Shown here: in pieces, positions 60,601 through 64,000 of the stretch
Layout of the letters: each line of letters begins with the position of its first letter
How positions within the stretch are numbered: position 1 is the first letter of the stretch
Assembly: GCA_020137815.1 (NCBI GenBank)
Contig: CM035353.1
Coordinates: 4,774,001 to 4,838,000 of the forward strand
Direction: 5' to 3'
Origin: Hormiphora californensis
Lineage: Eukaryota; Animalia; Ctenophora
DNA: 64,000 nt
Notes under the pieces: model-generated
The model's input: the letters and a program-made list of their open reading frames with translations, nothing else
The model's database searches: none
Told to the model about the DNA's origin: nothing
Program-made: the position numbers and the translations under genes

Positions 60601-62119
60601 AGGACTCTGTAGACAAGACAAAATACTGTGGTTACTATACAAACAGGTCTATCCGAGGTAACCTCGGATAGACCTGTTTGTATAGTTCGGCCCATACTGG
60701 GTGACGTTGTGAAAGAAGAAGTTCCGAGGTAACTTCTTCTTTCATTAAAAGGACTCTGTAGACAAGACAAAATACTGTGGTTACACAACTAGTTGCATGC
60801 AACAAGCTGTGTAACACTCAGAAAATACATATGAATATATTTTATAAAACTTATAATTTCTTACCCTTTCATATTGGTTGAATATTCTTGTGTTAGTCGT
60901 TAAGACACCTACAAGCAAGGATCAACAACCTTCAATAATAACGACCTTCTGTAGAGCGGGAAATTGGCATGCTCTACAGGTGTCCCAGCTAAGTATAAGT
61001 GGTTGTGGGTGATTACACTTCCACAGGAGGAGATACAGAGAGAACGTATCAGGGCGCTGGCGGCACTACGAGCTAGGGAGGCCGAAGAGGAGCGGCAGCG
61101 GGATGAGGAGCGCAAAGAGCGGCTACGGGCGCGGGGTATTACCAATAATATAATTGTAAGTTTTCTTCCTAGATAGAGGGATTCGATTGTGGGTGATGTG
61201 ATGTGTGACGTGTTGGTCAGATTACATCAGTGCAACACATTATATGACGGAATTTTATTTGGAATTCTCCTTGATTGTAGCCTGCGACTCGACACCACAA
61301 GTCCCTCCGGGATATGTAATAGGCCCCGAGATCCCTACTTTCTCACATAGCATCAGGCTGAGAGATACTACAGGGCACTTGAAAGTAAGTGGGCTAAACT
61401 CTAGAAAACAGATATAAGCAGATCAACACCTATGAACAAACCAGTTACTATAATTAAACAAAAAAAATAATTAAACAAATTAAATAGCTAACCACACTCA
61501 GCATCACTATAACCATATCAACCCCCAGGAGAAAGAGAAAGACGCAAGAGCCAGGGCGGCCCTGGCCAGGGCAGAACGAGAGAGATTGGACAGGGAAAGA
61601 CAAGAGAGAATTCTCCACCAACAATAACAGTTAATAGCTCAATGAAAATAACAATTTGAACCTCCCCACACAGGTATAACTGTGATAAGGAGCTCATATA
61701 AGGCGGTGAAACTGACGAAGGATGTCAATGACCTACAGATTGGACAGACGAAGAAGCCAACCGATAAATGTGATTGACTCTTTGGAATCAAAAATGGTGA
61801 ATGATTTAAAGAGGGTTTCGACGGGAAAACCAAAAGAGGAAATAAAAGTACTATTTAAGATCTGCAACATGATAGTAGAAACCATGAAGGTACTTTTTGA
61901 TCACAAAACACACATCAGAGCAGGAGGTAGAACTCCGAGTACAGCGAGCATTGAACGAATCTGGACAAAGACACAGCTTAGAGCAGATTCCCTCATCAAG
62001 ACTTACAGCAGTTTACAGCAGTTTACAGCTCCTTCCAGTTCCCATGAAGATTTCAAGATTTTCCAAGCAGAGTTCAAGATATTATTTATTATATTAATAT
62101 TTTGAAGATCATAAAGTTT

Positions 62120-62190
62120 CTAAAGAGTTTCTTTTAAGTTTTTAAAGAGTTTCTTTTAAGTTTTTAAAGAGTTTCTTTTAAGTTTTACAG
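62120..62190. repeat. Short tandem repeat (taaagagtttcttttaagtttt)x3
   Basis: Direct inspection. Confidence 0.8.
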
Positions 62191-62800
62191 CCCAAACAAA
62201 TGTTTATTCAGTTCCGAAAGTGGTACAACAAAAAACAGTTATTTGATTGTTTGTTTGGTTGTTACTCTGTCTGTCTTTCAGTCTGTCTATCTGTCTATCA
62301 GTCGGTCTGTCTTTCAATCTGTCGGTCGATTTGTTTGTTAATGTCGTATAAAGTTTCCAGTCCCAGAAACCAGAAAGGCTTCAGTATACATAGTACCCAG
62401 TACAGCAATACAGTTACAGCTCGTCCAGTTGCATTTTCATTTATCAGAATACAGATGAATGAAAAAGCAAAAATTTATGAAGGAGGATATGTTGAGTTAT
62501 GGTTTTATAGTTTGAGGAAGAAAAGGTGTAAATATTTGACAGTATATATTCAGACAAGTATGAAGAGAAAGTAGATATTGGACGTGTGGCAGGTGCATGT
62601 TGGTAAGGGTGCGGAGGATCAAGTCACCCCATGAAGAGGATCGAGACCTAGAGGATCAGAACCCAGCCGTGGCAGGGTATAGAAGTAGTTCAGTCTCCTC
62701 GCAGTGCATATCCCCACGTCATCGAGGATGGCAATCAGCCGATTGTTTAACAGGAGGCACTAGTCGCAGACACAAGGACTTTGTTTAGAGATCGAGGAAG

Positions 62801-63367
62801 ATGTTTAAACTCAAGACCACGTCACGGCGGAATATAAAAACGGGAAAGAAGAGGATCAGGGGACTCTCACTCTCTCACGACGAAGAGGAGGCCATCAGAG
62901 AGTTAATGGCTATCAGGAAGGAACGGGTACAACAACTTCAGGTACTGAAGGAGGAGGATGAGAGAAGGGAAAGGGATAGAAAGGAGGAGGAGGAGGAGAG
63001 GGAGAGGATTAGGGCCCGAGAGGAGGAGAGGGAGCGTCAAAGGAAGGAGGAGGCAAGACTCAATCAGGAGAGGGAGGCCCGGGTTAGGGCAGCGGGTAAA
63101 ACCCCAACCAAGAGTGCGGCATATAATCTATACGCTGCCAGGGTGCAACAACATATGCTAACAAAAGCGCAAGGGGAGGCGCTCCAGGAGGCCGTGAAGA
63201 GGCAGGACGTGGCCGAGGTGGTGGACATTGTGCTGAACCATCTGAGGATTGCGAATCCGCTAACTTGTAGTATATTATTAGTATATATTTTTAATATGCA
63301 TGTAACACGATACACCTGTGATACACCTGTGATGTGCCCTGATGTGGTAGCACTAGCACTCAGTTAA
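62801..63367 (+). CDS. Basic N-terminus plus E/R-rich coiled-coil protein, related to the CCHC fragment at 40789; C-terminus probably chimeric
   Basis: EALQEAVKRQDVAEVVDIVLNHLRIANPL vs EAVLGAAKNRDESVVIEVVLRHLKLVDPL. Confidence 0.5.
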   Translation: MFKLKTTSRRNIKTGKKRIRGLSLSHDEEEAIRELMAIRKERVQQLQVLKEEDERRERDRKEEEEERERIRAREEERERQRKEEARLNQEREARVRAAGKTPTKSAAYNLYAARVQQHMLTKAQGEALQEAVKRQDVAEVVDIVLNHLRIANPLTCSILLVYIFNMHVTRYTCDTPVMCPDVVALALS

Positions 63368-63389
63368 ATGGTTTATTACCACCTGCTGA

Positions 63390-63505
63390 ATCTACCATCA
63401 TCGAGTAGTTTTCATTATCATCTACCATCATCGAGTAGTTTTCATTATCATCTATCTTCATCAAGTAGTTTTCACTGCACTATCATTTACCTTCATCGAG
63501 TAGCA
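63390..63505. repeat. 30-bp tandem repeat tctaccatcatcgagtagttttcattatca
   Basis: Three to four copies. Confidence 0.8.
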
Positions 63506-64000
63506 TGGACCACTATCGAATATCGTACTATATATACAGAGACACAAGAGTTTATTTTAGCCCCCGCCACTGCAACCACTTCTCTTGTACCTGTTGTAAA
63601 CTATTTCATAGTTTGTACCCAAAAACACTGCGTTCTCTAACTGTTTACCTAAACCTTCGCGGACCTGTTAAATCTATCTTCACCGATCTGTCAACCTACC
63701 TTCACCAATCTGTTAACCTACCTTCACCGATCTGTCAACCCACCTGCACGGATCCAACACCTGTCCACTTAAACCTTCGTCAGCCACAACCTACACAGTC
63801 ACCGACACACGGACCAGGTAACGAACTAAGGGGTTAACACTAGACGACTCGTGACAAAGTATGACACAAAACACTACAAACTCAAGAGTTAACACGGTGT
63901 CACCGGTACGGGCAATATGGCCACGTGATGGGAATCTGCGGCGCCGGATACGATATACGGAAGACCGGGTCACCGGAGTAAGACATTTGTTGTACTGTTC

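Noticed and set aside
46088-63505. Short direct-repeat arrays (21, 22, 30, 57 bp) as CRISPR-like arrays
   Set aside because: No unique spacers, no cas genes, eukaryotic context.

Overview
Eukaryotic, AT-rich, repeat-dense window, most likely from a ctenophore. The spliced secreted-protein gene at 452-1221 and the hAT MITE at 18123 resemble ctenophore sequences I recall; this was not verified by search. 1-5 kb holds that host gene plus TE debris (MULE and CR1/L2 remnants, MITEs). 5.4-10.1 kb is a compact plus-strand, virus-like cassette: a Sina-like RING gene, an intact 691-aa class I F-type fusion glycoprotein (signal peptide, PAN/apple-like insert, RSRR furin site, fusion peptide, heptads, TM), an overlapping accessory ORF and a 3-exon micro-gene. 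It ends in a Polinton/Maverick-type terminus (..ACTACT-3', i.e. 5'-AGTAGT on the minus strand). 10-64 kb is a scrambled mosaic of reshuffled 0.1-1 kb modules. It contains two more copies of that terminus, two protein-primed PolB fragments, pieces of a second diverged F gene and accessory ORF, small zinc-finger, F-box and membrane-protein genes, and a multi-hairpin cassette. Many host foldback elements/MITEs and one RNase H LINE are inserted in it. 35.25-36.55 kb looks like garbled low-quality sequence. The best candidate new system is a Polinton/Maverick-like DNA element carrying a class I F fusogen, sitting in a uni-directional fragment graveyard that may be a piRNA-cluster-like locus. No complete Polinton core gene (integrase, capsid, ATPase, protease) was recognised, so the linkage is an inference.
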